Assembly: GCA_963693365.1 (NCBI GenBank)
Contig: CAVNZM010000003.1
Location: forward strand, 5,080,472 to 5,144,471
Length of the DNA stretch: 64,000 bases
DNA from: Amoebidium appalachense
Lineage: Eukaryota > Protista > Ichthyosporea
Direction: 5' to 3'
The first letter of the stretch is position 1, and each line of letters begins with the position of its first letter. The notes beneath the pieces were generated by a model. That model did no database searches. It saw nothing but the letters and a program-made list of their open reading frames with translations, and was not told the origin of the DNA. The translations under genes and the position numbers were made by a program. Below, in pieces: positions 37,662 through 50,115 of the stretch.

Positions 37662-39587
37662 GGACTTTTTATGGTTAGAAAGCGTAAACTGCCCTTTGTG
37701 TCGTGTTTCTCATGTGTGGACGCTGAAAAATAGGCTGTGAACTAACATGTGAGGGGTGTGTAAAGCATGGTATCGGTAAAGCTAATTGATGGATCACAAG
37801 AAGCGGGTGTGCAGTTTCCACCAAAAGCAATCTAGTGATACTAAAATACCTCTAGACCATGAAAAATTCTACGACGAAGTCCTATAATTTCTCTTCTATT
37901 GCGATTTTTGATGTCCAAAAATATCGGATTCCGGTTCGAGGGCTTGGTTCCCTTGACAACGGCGACGGTGGTGGTGGTGGGACCGGTGGGGTGGGTAGTT
38001 TGAAGTGTGTTGGTACGTGCTTGTGTGAGTAATGGGTTGTCCAAAAGGGGGGAGGGGGGGGGGGGGGGGTAGGTAAGAGAGAGAGGGCCACAAGGATACG
38101 GAGCCTCGGAGGAGGGAGGGGTGGGATCGAGTGCGGAGCTAGAGAAAGAGAGAGAGGGGGGGGCGGGGGGGGAGGGGAGTAAAATTATCAAAAGACGCAT
38201 TATGCAGCATTAGTGCGTTACAGGTGCACTTTGTGAAAACTTTTGTGCAGTGTACGCCGCCGCGTACATATGCTGTTTGACATAAGTTACAGTATATTAT
38301 AATACGTATGATGTAGTTCTACTCTCGGAGCATGCACACAGGGCGTTTGTCCCGAGTTGTTGTCTCGACAAGTGAATGTAGCACTTTCAACTCCGCTGAC
38401 TTTAAACCATTTTTAGAGTCACTTAGTCTAGGTTATACACCGGGCGATCATGAGCACTTTAAAGCTTTGAACGGTTGAATGGTTCTGGGGCGCGATATAT
38501 AAATCTTTGTTTCTACAATCAACCTCTGCATATGTAATTTTTCTCAGGTCTGCCTACAAATTTCTGCACACATTACGAGATGTTTCCGTTTCCTTTTTAA
38601 ATTTTAACATCACATATCCATCAATCAAAATACGGTGGCACACTGATCCCCCCCCCTTCCCTCCCTCCCCCAGGCGCCCCGCCACTCCTCCCCCTCCCCC
38701 GAGAGGTTCCCCGCCCCCCAGCACACAAGATACACAGATACACACCCACCCACATAGCACACGCGCACAGATGCACACACGTACAGGCGCGCGTCTGTCC
38801 CCAGGCTGCCAATACACACACCCACAAACACCATTTGGGGAATCCCCAGGCCTGTAAAACGGTTGATTAAAGAGTCATTTTCTCGGTTGTTTTTTCTTTC
38901 TTTTATTTTTATACTGTCGCGACCGATAATGTCGAATTGATGGTACGAAAAAGGTGCATTCAAGCATATAATCCAGGCAATACACGGAGTCTAGCAAGCT
39001 TCAACCTACACGTATCGTGCTATGTTTATTTTCGTAGATATGCGTATTTTCAGATAGAAAGACACTAGAGTTCACGAAAGTTCGCCACGGTACTTTTAAA
39101 GATAATAACCCTAGATCCCAAAACATTTACTGAAATATTATCCGATGGGAAAACCTCATATATAACCCCTTATAGTATTACGAATTGCAGAGATTTAGAT
39201 ATGCCCCCAAAAGCCCTGTCCTGCTTGTTTTAGCTGAATTTGGCTGACGAAAAAGCGGGCCCAAAAGAAAACACTATCCACAAGTACACTATCGACATAG
39301 TAATATGAAATTCCACGAGATAGTTGTCAGAATGCAAACATCACCCATGCCAATGCTAACTACCAGCGCATTTTCATTTTCCGAGTCTATCCTTTTGTTT
39401 CTTTTAGAGCCGTGTTCCGTATCCGCAAAATGGATAAACCGTTGAAAATATAAATATTCAAAAGGACTTCCCAGACATCTACTGTGTAAAAGTGTGCTGA
39501 ATACCATCTCGGGGTATCCAAGAGTCGTGCTCCCAAAAAACAGATATACCGATGAAATTTAGAAATAAATCATAATGTCCCAGCCAC

Positions 39588-39813
39588 CTATAGTGCAAAA
39601 GTGCTGAAACTATCCACCAGCACGATGTCGTCCAGGCCTATATTTTGGTCCTTGAGTGGTGTGTGGTTGTCCAGCTTGTCCCCATATACGGTCGTGGCCC
39701 ATGCCTCCTTGATTCCCTTCACCTCCACCTGAAAAAAATTAAAATAAAGGAACATCACTAAGCAGCATTCACCTCAACCTTTCCCCCAAACCTTATGATA
39801 CCTCGCTTCCCTT

Positions 39814-39844
<31 letters not shown>

Positions 39845-42260
39845 TCTCCCCTTCCCCCCTCGCCCTGCCCGGCCCCACCCCCTTCGAACACCCGCTTTCC
39901 TTTAACGACCCGTCCACCACCGCGCACACCCATCACCCATCCACCTCCCAAACCATTAACCATAAGAAGATCAAATAATACCACAACGAACATTAGTCAG
40001 GCGAACAGGAAAACAACAACACAACAATCCCTTTCCCTACACAAATAAAGACCCACCCAAACATAGATCCCTAATCTCCTACCGGCTCTACCCCGCCAAA
40101 ACCCTTATATTTTCTCCCCCCCTCTCTTCCCGAACCCAAACACCCAGTCCTCCCTCGATCATGTAAACACTTCCACATGAATATTGATCTCACACACCCT
40201 CAACACATTGGCATCAACCCCCCCCCCCCCCCCCCCCCTCCCCTCCCCCCTCCCGGCCCCGTCCCCTCAGCCGCAGAAATACACCATCACCCAAAAACAC
40301 CAACACACCAAAAGCCTCGCACGGGACATCCCCCTTCCCCTCCAAACACGCAACCACACCCCCACCCCCCCACACACGTACATTTGCCAAGCGCTGTGTT
40401 GCCTCGATGATCTGTTCGATGGTGTCTGTGGGCTCACACTGCAGCACCATGTGCTTGACCCCGTGGATAACCTAAAATAATAAACGTCAGTGGTCGAAAA
40501 TTTCCTAGATCGCACAGCATCTATAACACGGGGAGGCGAAACATACCTGAAATCGAACCTTGTGGATATGCCAATACCTTCAATGACCATATCAATCATA
40601 TGATATCTCCCCCCCCCCCCCCTCCCCTTCTTCTCCCCCTTTTTTTCTTTTTGGAGGGGAGGCAGGGGGGGGAGGGGGGTTACCGCATAAACGCCTGAGA
40701 GCAGCTTTTATGAAGGAAATAAAGAAGAGGGGATTCGTGTGGCCAGTTGTATAGACGAGCTCGCGCACACACACGCACGCACGCACACACGCACGCACAC
40801 ACACACACACACACATGCACACCCACACACCCACACACACCCACACACCTGTAGCCTGAATCTTGGTGGTGCCATGCTTTCCAAAGAGGCCATTTGTGGC
40901 GCCATTTTTGACCGAGTGGAAAGGCTTCGTTTCAGTGCCGGTGATCCTCCCAGCCGGGGTGAGACGAACCCGCGAATTGAACGTGAGCCGATGGATTGTT
41001 GGTCTGTGTGTGTGTGTGTGTGTGTGTGTTTGTGTGTGTGGGTGCGCGCGTGTGTATGTGTGTGTCTATGTGTTAGTGGATACAAAATTGTGTGTTGTGT
41101 ACCACAACAGGCACGTTCGTATGTATGAGTTGACAGGTGCTAAGCGCACTTGTGCATGCGTGTATGTACATAGATGTTGGTGTGAGGATGGACGAACACG
41201 TATGTGTTTGTTCGGTAGGAAGAATTTTTGAGCACAGGAGACACACAAACTCTCTCCACATATATCACACGGCATAACCAACCCCCCCCCCCCCCCCCCC
41301 CCACACACACACATACGCTAGCCCAGCCCACCCACCCCATCCCCATCCTCATCATAGGTACCACGGGTCTGCACGAACAGACGGTGGTGGGTAAAGAATG
41401 GAGAGGCAGTAATGAACAACTGAATACCGGGTCGAGAGAATACCTGACGCGGCAGGAGAGGGGAGAGGGAAGGGGGGAGGGGGGCGCCTGAGGCAAGAGG
41501 AACGGTCGGTCTGCATTCACAGCACGAAATATAAAATCACGACATTTGAAGTAGTGCCGCTATGAAAATATGACGACACAGTAAAGTTATGTATGCAACG
41601 TAAGTATGACCCATCCATTTTTGGAGAGTGCAGATGTGAAGTAAACCCTGAGGACGGACACGGGAGCCGGCGCCGGGGGGGGGGGGGGGGGGGGGGGGAG
41701 GGGCAGAGCAAGATAGAGAGACGAATGGGCAGAGCGATGGAGGGAGCTCATCCGCCAGACAGAAAGAAGCAGAGAAAGAGAGAAAACACGTGTGTGTTTG
41801 TGTAACTGTAGGTGCATGTGGGCGGATGGGGCACACACCCTCCTCCACGGCAATAGTTGGTGGGCCAATCTCCTGGCCGAAATCCCCCCCAAATTGCAGG
41901 CTCTCTGCTTTGTCTCTCAGGCGGAGACTGCTCCGAAATTTGTCGCTGAAGCGGTCAAGTGACCCCACAGCCTTCTCTCCAAACCTTTCGATACCTTTCT
42001 TCCACCTGCAATGCACAAAACAGATTAGAATCATAAAAACTGGAAAAGCTAATATTCCGGGAGATGCTGCCATGTTTCTCCGTGTCTGTGTGCTCACACA
42101 CTCCTGTGTCTTTGTTTACTTGCATTCGTGTGCACTCAGGATTTGAAAGGTGATATACTTTGCCCACCCGGGGGGGGGGGGGGGGAGGGGGGGGGGGGGG
42201 GGGGAGGGGTAATAAGTGCAGTTTAAAGAGTAGTCATTCTCAGCCGACGCGCCGGGGGGG

Positions 42261-42293
<33 letters not shown>

Positions 42294-42772
42294 AGCCAGA
42301 TGGAGTATCCAAGCTTCGAACTGCTCTCATAACACGACATACAGCCCATACCCCTCTGGCAATGAGCTTAATACATGTGTGTGTGTGTGTGTATGTGTGT
42401 GTGTGTGTGTGTGTATGTGTGTGTGTGTATGCTCTATATGTATATGTCTCATGTATGTGTGCGTGTGCGTGTGCGTGTATGTGCGTGCGCGTGCATATGG
42501 GTGTGTGTGTGTTTGTGTCTGTGTGTTCTGTATGTGTGTTGATGGTTAGAGATGGGGGGGGAGCAAATACTTTGGTTTTTTGGTGTTTGGATCGTAGCTG
42601 ACCAGCGACACACCGTCCCACTCTGAGCGCGATGAGCACACGCTCTGCGTATCAAAGTCGTGATCCGCCGACTTGGACCCGATGCGCATGGTGAATGTCG
42701 ACTTGATCGAGATGTTGTCTGTGCAAAAAGTACCGTAGTTAATTACATGCAACCAAGTGTTACATACCCCCC

Positions 42773-42803
<31 letters not shown>

Positions 42804-42841
42804 AAAAAAAAAAAAAAAGAAAGAAAGAAAGAAAGAAAGAG

Positions 42842-42872
<31 letters not shown>

Positions 42873-43683
42873 AATTCTTTTGAATAATGATAATTTACTT
42901 CTGAAAAGGACGTCTCAGTACAGCCACGCACTAACCATCACATTCAAGGGATTTTTAATCTCTCTCTCGCCCCCACCTCTGCGCCAAATCAATGCATCAT
43001 GCATACCATTCATGTTCTCATCCCCTCCCCCCTCCCCCTCTCCATCCCTCCCCCCGCCTTTCACCTTTCCCACCACCACCGCCACTCACCAACACTATGA
43101 TAGAACGACAAAGCTACCTGCTTCATCACTGACCTACCTCCCCCCCCCCCCCCCCCCCCCCCTCACCCTTTTCCTTGCAACACAAGCACAAGCACACGCA
43201 CACACGCGCGTGCGCGCACACACACACACCAACCTCCATCCTGCTTCTTCTTGCGTCTCTTCCTGTCGTCTCTGTACCCGGCATTTGAGTTCTCAAACGT
43301 ATCCATGCTCTCCGATCGGAAAAGGCTTTTTCGGTGGTCCGACTTGCTGCGCCGCCGATTTGCGATTTCAGTGCGTGGCTGTGTGGATGTTGGTGTCTGG
43401 AATGGGATGTTTGCGTAAATACTTGCTCGTGAGGATAATCAAACCAAATGAAACGGAGATTTACAGTGGTGCAATGTAGTTGTTGTTCCAAATTCGGAGT
43501 TTCGCTTGCAGTCGAAAAGAGAGGAAAAGGAGGGGAAAGGGATGGATAAGAAGGCAGTGTAAAGGTCGTGGTAACTCGAGGGCAGTGTGTGTGTGTGTGT
43601 GTGTGTGTGTACGCGCTTGTGTGTGTGTCAGTGCATGTGTGCATGTGTGTGTGTGTGTGTGTGTGTGTGTCTGTCTGTGTGTG

Positions 43684-43733
<50 letters not shown>

Positions 43734-43887
43734 CGTGTCTGTGCGCGTGCCTATGTGTGTGTGTGTGTGATGTGCGCGTGCACGTGCGTGTCCCCCATGC
43801 ATTGTGTATGTATGTGTGTGTGTGAATGTGCATATATCAGTATATATGATATATAAATATATAAATATATCATATATACTGATATAT

Positions 43888-43925
<38 letters not shown>

Positions 43926-44453
43926 TATATATGTGTGTGTGCATGTGCATAGATCTGAGTGCATGTGCATATGCGTGTCTGTGTGTGCACGTGTGTGTGC
44001 AAATATCTGCATGTGCATAGGATACATATGTGCACACGTACATTGAGTGCAGTCATGAGCTGGACCTGCAGGTCCCTGTCGGTGAGGTCCAGCACCAGGT
44101 GGGAGGGTGTCTTGCCGTTGTTGTCTGCTACCTCCTTGTTGGCCCCCATGCGCTTGAGCTGCTCGGTCATCGCCACCTTCCTGCAAAAAAAAAGAGAATA
44201 GAAGAAAATCAGTTGAATGTATGCGATTCTCAAAACCGAAAATGAGGGGGTGGGTTGGGGTAGGTGGGTGGGTGGGTGGTGTTGGTGGAGGTGGTGGTGG
44301 GGGGAGGGGGGGGGGGGCAAGGTGGGTGCTTGGAAGACACTACACAGCATCAAGTACACAGTCATGAGGGACAACAAAATACAGGAAGCAAACATACACA
44401 TACACAAGGACTATGCATCATAGGCACAGCCCATTCTCAGGGGGAGGCGCGCA

Positions 44454-44494
<41 letters not shown>

Positions 44495-44618
44495 AACACA
44501 CAACGTACCCATTTTGCACTGTTATGTGCAGGGCCGTCTCCCCGTTGTTATTCCTCATGTCCAAGTCCACATGAGCAAAACTGGACAGATAGCTGACCAC
44601 AGGTACCTAGGGGGAGGA

Positions 44619-44659
<41 letters not shown>

Positions 44660-44749
44660 ATCAGCACAAAATGTGTGTGTGTGTGTGTGTGTGTGTGTGT
44701 CTATGTGTGTGTGTGTGTGTGTGTTTGTGCGCGCGCGTGCGTGTGCGGG

Positions 44750-44804
<55 letters not shown>

Positions 44805-44855
44805 CGGGGGGGGGGGGGGGGGGGGGAGGAGGGGGGGGGGGAGGGGAGAGAGAGC

Positions 44856-44892
<37 letters not shown>

Positions 44893-47254
44893 TGCGTCTG
44901 TGTGCCTGTGTGTGCCAGTGTGAGTGTCAGTGTGAGTGGCAGTCAGGGCTGTTAAGTCAGGATTCTGGCTGGCTCAGCTGGCTCAGACCCCCCATCGCAG
45001 CTGGCTAGCCGGGGGCTGGATGTTAAAAATCTAATATACCGTTTATATTATATAAAATTATATTTATAAAGTATAAAATTACGATTTAGTTTTTAAGAGT
45101 TCTTATCTTTTCCCATAAAACTAGACCAATTACTAATAGTTATATTCCTGACTCAATTTTGCCTGTAAAATTGATCTCAAAAGCCCTTATATAGACAAAA
45201 ATTGTACTTTACGATTGGTAGACTCTAGGATAGACTACATCTGGGAGAAGGGTTGGGTGGATTCCAGTCAAGCCGCTTTCCGGAGCGATTTCGGCGCGGC
45301 TCGGCTGAGGAGGATTCCGGCTGGCTAGCCGAGCCATAACAGCTCTGGACTGGCAGTGTGTTTGCGTACACATGTGCGTACGCCGAGGGTCGTGAGTGCA
45401 GGAAGTATTAACAGGCTTGGAGACTAGGCAAAGCATTCCGGTTATCATGACAAAACAAGAAGATTATCTGGAGGAGAGGGATAATGAGAGAAAACGGGAG
45501 TACACTGCAAGAATTTGAGTAACAGGCCCAAAGGTTCATATACTGTTGAAAACAGATAAGAGGTGGTTGGATGTATGGGCATCACCCAAGGGGAATGGGA
45601 GTGAACAGGGGAACGGAGATGGTGGGGTTGCATTAGTGGCATATATTACCCCCCCCCCCCCACCCCCCCCCCCCCCCTCCCTTCCACCTCCCCGGCCCCC
45701 CTTCCTCCCCCCTCCCCCCTTCCCCCCCCGTTCTCCCTCCCCAACCAACACTGCTCGACTATGTGTCTCCGAAACTCTTGCTATTTGTATTGCAATCACA
45801 GCCCCCGCGCTCTCAAGTGTCGTTTCGGCATTCTGGGCACGGACACAATCCCTTTCTCAATGTGTTTGCTTAGTGCCCTCATATCTATTCTGTAGGGCAT
45901 TATGTGCAACCCCCCCCCCCCCCCCCCCCCCCCCCAGGCGCCCCGTCACGCTCAATACCTCCCCCCCCCCCCCCCCCTCCCGGCACTCTCACGTTTTATA
46001 CCAGCCCGTCCATCCCCTCTCCGTGTATGTGTCTTGGTGGGGAAATTCCACGCATATGAACGGAATGGATGTGGAAAAAAGGGGGGGGGGGGGGGGGGGG
46101 GGAGGGGGGGGAGGAATAGGTGAGGATACAGCTGTAAAGACGAGAGGATAGCGCTGTACGAAGTCTAAAGCATACCGTGTATGCAACACACGAAACAAAC
46201 GATATTGCCCATCCGTCAACAGACAAAGCTTTGGAGGGGTAAAAGTGTGGAAGGGAGGGGGGTGGGGGGGTGGGTAGTACGAGTTACACAGTACAAAGTA
46301 TTAATTATCAACGGAGAGCATGCTGCAGAGGCCAAAGCACACACAAACAGCAGGGAGTTCATGCCAAGCCCAAATCATGGCGAGGGGAGGGGAGGGGAGG
46401 GGAGGGAGGGGGGGGGGGGGGGGGGGGGATGTATGCATTAGAGATTTGAAAGAGTGGAAGTGGAGACATTACAGGGCAAAAACCAAAGACCCACGGAGAC
46501 ACAAAAAACGGGGGGGTGGGGTGGGGGGGAGGGGGGTGGCGGAGGGATGGGGCTCAAAAACTTACCACGTCATTTTCCACCGCCACTATCAACGGTGTGT
46601 TCCCGTCCGAGTCCCTCACGTTAGGGTCTACCCCCTTGTTTATGAGCACAGACACAATGTCTACTCCCTGTTTCACCGCTACGTGCAGGGGGACGGTCTC
46701 CTCCAATCTTGGTATTTCGATTTCACGCTCACGGCGTTTGCTTTTCTGTAAGTGGAAGTGTGTGAGATGGCTTGAGGTTGAAGGGCAAATGACTTCGTCT
46801 CAGGGAGGTTGGGTTGGGTTGGTGGTGGTGGTGGTGGTGGGGGGGGGGGGGGAGGATGTATGCATTGGATGGTTGGAATTACGGTAGCGGAGACATGGAG
46901 GCCGGGGGAGGGACAGAGGAGGAGGAGGAGGAGAGAGAGAGGGGGGAGGGGATGTATGCATTGATGGGTTGATCTTATGAAGGAGACATCGAAAGACAAA
47001 ACACAAAACGTCAAAAAAAAAAACGAAAACCGGAAAGGTGGGGGGTTGGGAGAAAACATTAGACCAAAGAGTAGGGACAAAACAGTCGGCAAGGGTTGGA
47101 TGGTATTCGTAAATGGGTGGACGGTGGGGGTGGTGGGGGTGGTGGGTGTTTTGGTAGAAAGAATGTGTATGTATTGTCTATGTCTTGGGGGGGAGGGGGG
47201 AAGGGGGGAGGGGGGAGGGGAGGAAGGGTAGAATGCGTTACTGTGTGTGTGTGT

Positions 47255-47290
<36 letters not shown>

Positions 47291-47492
47291 GGTGGAGCCG
47301 CTGCTGCAAGGGGAGCAGGTGAGGAGCAGAAGAATTGGTGGTTTCGGTGTTGCGAGCAATAATAGGAGCGAAGGGGACACCGAACTGGGGTGTGTGTGGT
47401 AGCAGGGTACTATGAATAAGACGTAACCCCCCTCCCTCCCCCCCGGCCCCGTTTCTATCCCTCCATACTGCACCCACGTCCAGATTCATCAT
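39588..47492 (-). CDS. Ankyrin-repeat protein with C-terminal ubiquitin-like domain, about 431 aa
   Basis: Phase-consistent exons: 47478-47492, 46566-46745, 44509-44606, 44042-44180, 43234-43396, 42571-42718, 41839-42005, 40849-41003, 40382-40471, 39588-39728. Ankyrin motifs: [38 protein letters not shown]-like: [12 protein letters not shown]...[15 protein letters not shown]. The start exon is the least certain. Confidence 0.82.
44329..44445 (-). mobile_element. poly(C)-tailed family, diverged copy
   Basis: TATGCATCATAGGCACAGCCCATTCTCAGGGGG on plus. Confidence 0.65.
44944..45347. mobile_element. MITE / non-autonomous DNA transposon, 404 bp
   Basis: TIRs CAGGGCTGTTA...TAACAGCTCTG match 10/11. 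Flanking GAGTGGCAGT and GACTGGCAGT match 9/10 (TSD). Subterminal GGCTGGCT(A/C)G repeats and an AT-rich core. Confidence 0.75.
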
Positions 47493-48249
47493 TACCACAA
47501 CAGATGCAAAACCATAAGCATAACGGTTCACTGCCGTCTTTGCTCGTTGTACCGTGATGTGTTATGTGCCAAGGGAAAACTGCTCCGAACATGCTTTTTG
47601 TTTGTACGGTCTTTAATTTGGCGAGTACATGGTTGTATTAACCCGAAGATCCAAATCGCACGCCTGAGACTCGTCAAGATAATGGAAAACAGGGGCGGAG
47701 GAGGAGGTGGTGGAGGAGGAGGAGGAGAAGGAGGGGGGGGGGGGGGGGGGGAGGGAGGGGGCAGGAAGGAGGAGGAAAGGTGTCTGCGCCTCTCCCTCCT
47801 TCCCCTTTCCCTTCCCCCTCTTCCTATCCCTTTCCTTCATAGCTCATTATATTAGCCTTCTTCGCTATTTCTGATATATTCTGAAAGCGCATGTCGTTTA
47901 TTCTTTGTTAGTGAGTGCGGAGAGTGGATTGAGAACAAACAGACCAGGCAGGGTGCAAGTGGCTGGTAGGTGTGTCAAAGATGGGCTAATGTGTAAGTTA
48001 AAACAAGGGTTGCACGTTAAAAGAGATGGCTGCGGGCGTGTAGGTATGCATACTCATAATGTGAGTGCGTTCAATCTACCAGGCGAGCTGTATATCTGTG
48101 CTCCGAGTTATTCTTATTACAGGTTGCACATGTTTCCAGAGTCCCCTCTCACTTACATGTGATGATGCATAGATCCTACCGTTACCTCAGAGCACAGGAG
48201 GCATCTCTAAACTTAAGACAAACCAGGGCTGTTTCAAGCTGTGGAACAG

Positions 48250-48640
48250 GGAGCGATAACTTACATCGAGGCCGAAATTCTCAATTTTGTCCCCAAATCT
48301 TGATAGTAGCTTCGCCATGTTTATATCCTTGAGCCAGATCCCTCCGGCCGCACCAACCGAGTTTGCTAGTTTCCGTTTCTTCTTGCTCAATAGTTATAAC
48401 TATCGTGTTTGGCCTGGGATCAACAGCCCTGAACCCTTTGTATAAATGCCGCAGTAAACTAAATAACTTAGCCTACTTCACGCCTTCACGTTTCAATGTG
48501 CTATTCACCTCCTCACGCTTTCCTCTGATCAATGCTTCGATAGCATCAAAAGATCCAAGATCTACCCAGAAGCAACACAACTCGTTCGCTTCACAAGTTG
48601 CAAAAGCACTGCTTTTTTTTCTTACTCCTTATTTTTGTCA
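48250..48640 (-). pseudogene. Decayed LINE (RTE/L2-like) reverse-transcriptase fragment
   Basis: Minus translation ELCCFWVDLGSFDAIE...REEVNSTLKREGVK*AKLFSLLRHLYKGFRAV resembles the RT segment 'FVDLxKAFDS..R..LW..L...GVP.K...LIR.LY'. Contains an in-frame stop. Confidence 0.6.
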
Positions 48641-49537
48641 GCTGTTTTCTGCTTTCACACAACCACGCTAAAGTGCGTATACTACGTAGGATCACGTAGA
48701 GAGGAGAACTGATAGCAAACGAGGGGAGGCTGGGGCTCCAACGAAAGACGCTGGGTCCAAAATACAACGGTCACAGCACGCAATCTTGCTAAAGACGGCA
48801 AGATTTAACACATGATAACTATCGAATCACAGTATTAAATTTTTTTAATGATGATACTATTGGTGACTTCCTAATGAATGATCTTATGTGAATGGTCTAA
48901 AGAGCTTCACGCAAATGCGTTTTTACCGGTGGCATATCCTTCGACAGTGGTGTGCACTTTCACTGTGCACATCATACAGCACATCCCCCCCCTCACAATT
49001 TCTAGTAGAGGCCATTCCCATACTGAATTCCCTCAAATTCGCGGAACTAACGGAACTAAACTGCAGAGGAAAACTCCTCGAGGTGCAGAAGCCAAGTTAT
49101 GAGGTGCATGATGACCCCAAGATGATCAGTAACTGACAGATATCATGGCCGTGTCTGTGTGGGTCATTATATTGGTACACTCAAAGCCTTTCTTTTTTGT
49201 TGTCCAAATCACACGTGTTTACGCTTGGAGACGCAATAAGAGGCGTAAAAAAAAGCTAAAGAACAACGAGACGGGGAAGTTGTCGTAGGGAATTCTTGCG
49301 TTGGATGGATTGTGGTGGTGGTGGTGGTGGCGGAGGGGAAAGAAAGACAAGGGGGCGTGGGTGTGGGGGATACAGTAAAAATCTTTTTTTTTTGTGCCCT
49401 CCTCCCCACCTCGTCCCTCCCCCCCTGGCCCAGCTAACGTGAGTCGTTCACCCCCCCCCCCCACCCCCCAACCTCCCCCACCCACTCACCAAGCTAACTT
49501 CGGTGGTGATGGGTCTTCCCCCCCCCCCCCTCCCCAC

Positions 49538-49630
49538 GAGGCTGGGCTCTGTTTCTAATGAATACTATTCCAAGTTTTGTGTGCTTTCAAAGCAATTTGC
49601 ACTGCGTGGTCCGCCCAGAGTGCATTACAA
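49538..49630 (+). mobile_element. Diverged poly(C)-tailed family copy upstream of the LARP4-like gene
   Basis: GAGGCTGGGCTCTGTTTCTAATGAATACT...GCATTACAA+Cn. Confidence 0.55.
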
Positions 49631-49659
49631 CCCCCCCCCCCCCCCCCTCCCCCCCCCCC

Positions 49660-49763
49660 TCCCGGGCACGCGGCTCCCTTTCGAGCTTTTCTCCTTGGCT
49701 CCCCCCCCCCCTCCCCCCCCCTCCCGGGCACGCGGCTCCCTTTCGAGCTTTTCTCCTTGGCTC
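49660..49763. repeat. 42-bp direct duplication separated by a C-run
   Basis: TCCCGGGCACGCGGCTCCCTTTCGAGCTTTTCTCCTTGGCTC occurs twice. Confidence 0.9.
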
Positions 49764-49987
49764 TCCCCCCCCCACCAACAATTTACTTTCGCTCCCAAGG
49801 ATAAAAACGCTCTATTGAACATCATTGTCGTGCTCACTTTATGTGCGCACACGCGTGGGTGTGTGTGTGTGTGCGCGCGCGTGCGGGCGCCAGTGTGTAG
49901 GTGTATCTGTGCATCTCAGAGAGATCGAGAGAGAGGGACGGGGATCCGAGAGAGAGAGAGAGACTATACAGATAATGGGAGAAAGAC

Positions 49988-50067
<80 letters not shown>

Positions 50068-50069
50068 CG

Positions 50070-50115
<46 letters not shown>

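Noticed and set aside
40548-40578. Extra small exon in the ankyrin/UBL gene
   Set aside because: It breaks the phase; the flanking exons join cleanly without it.
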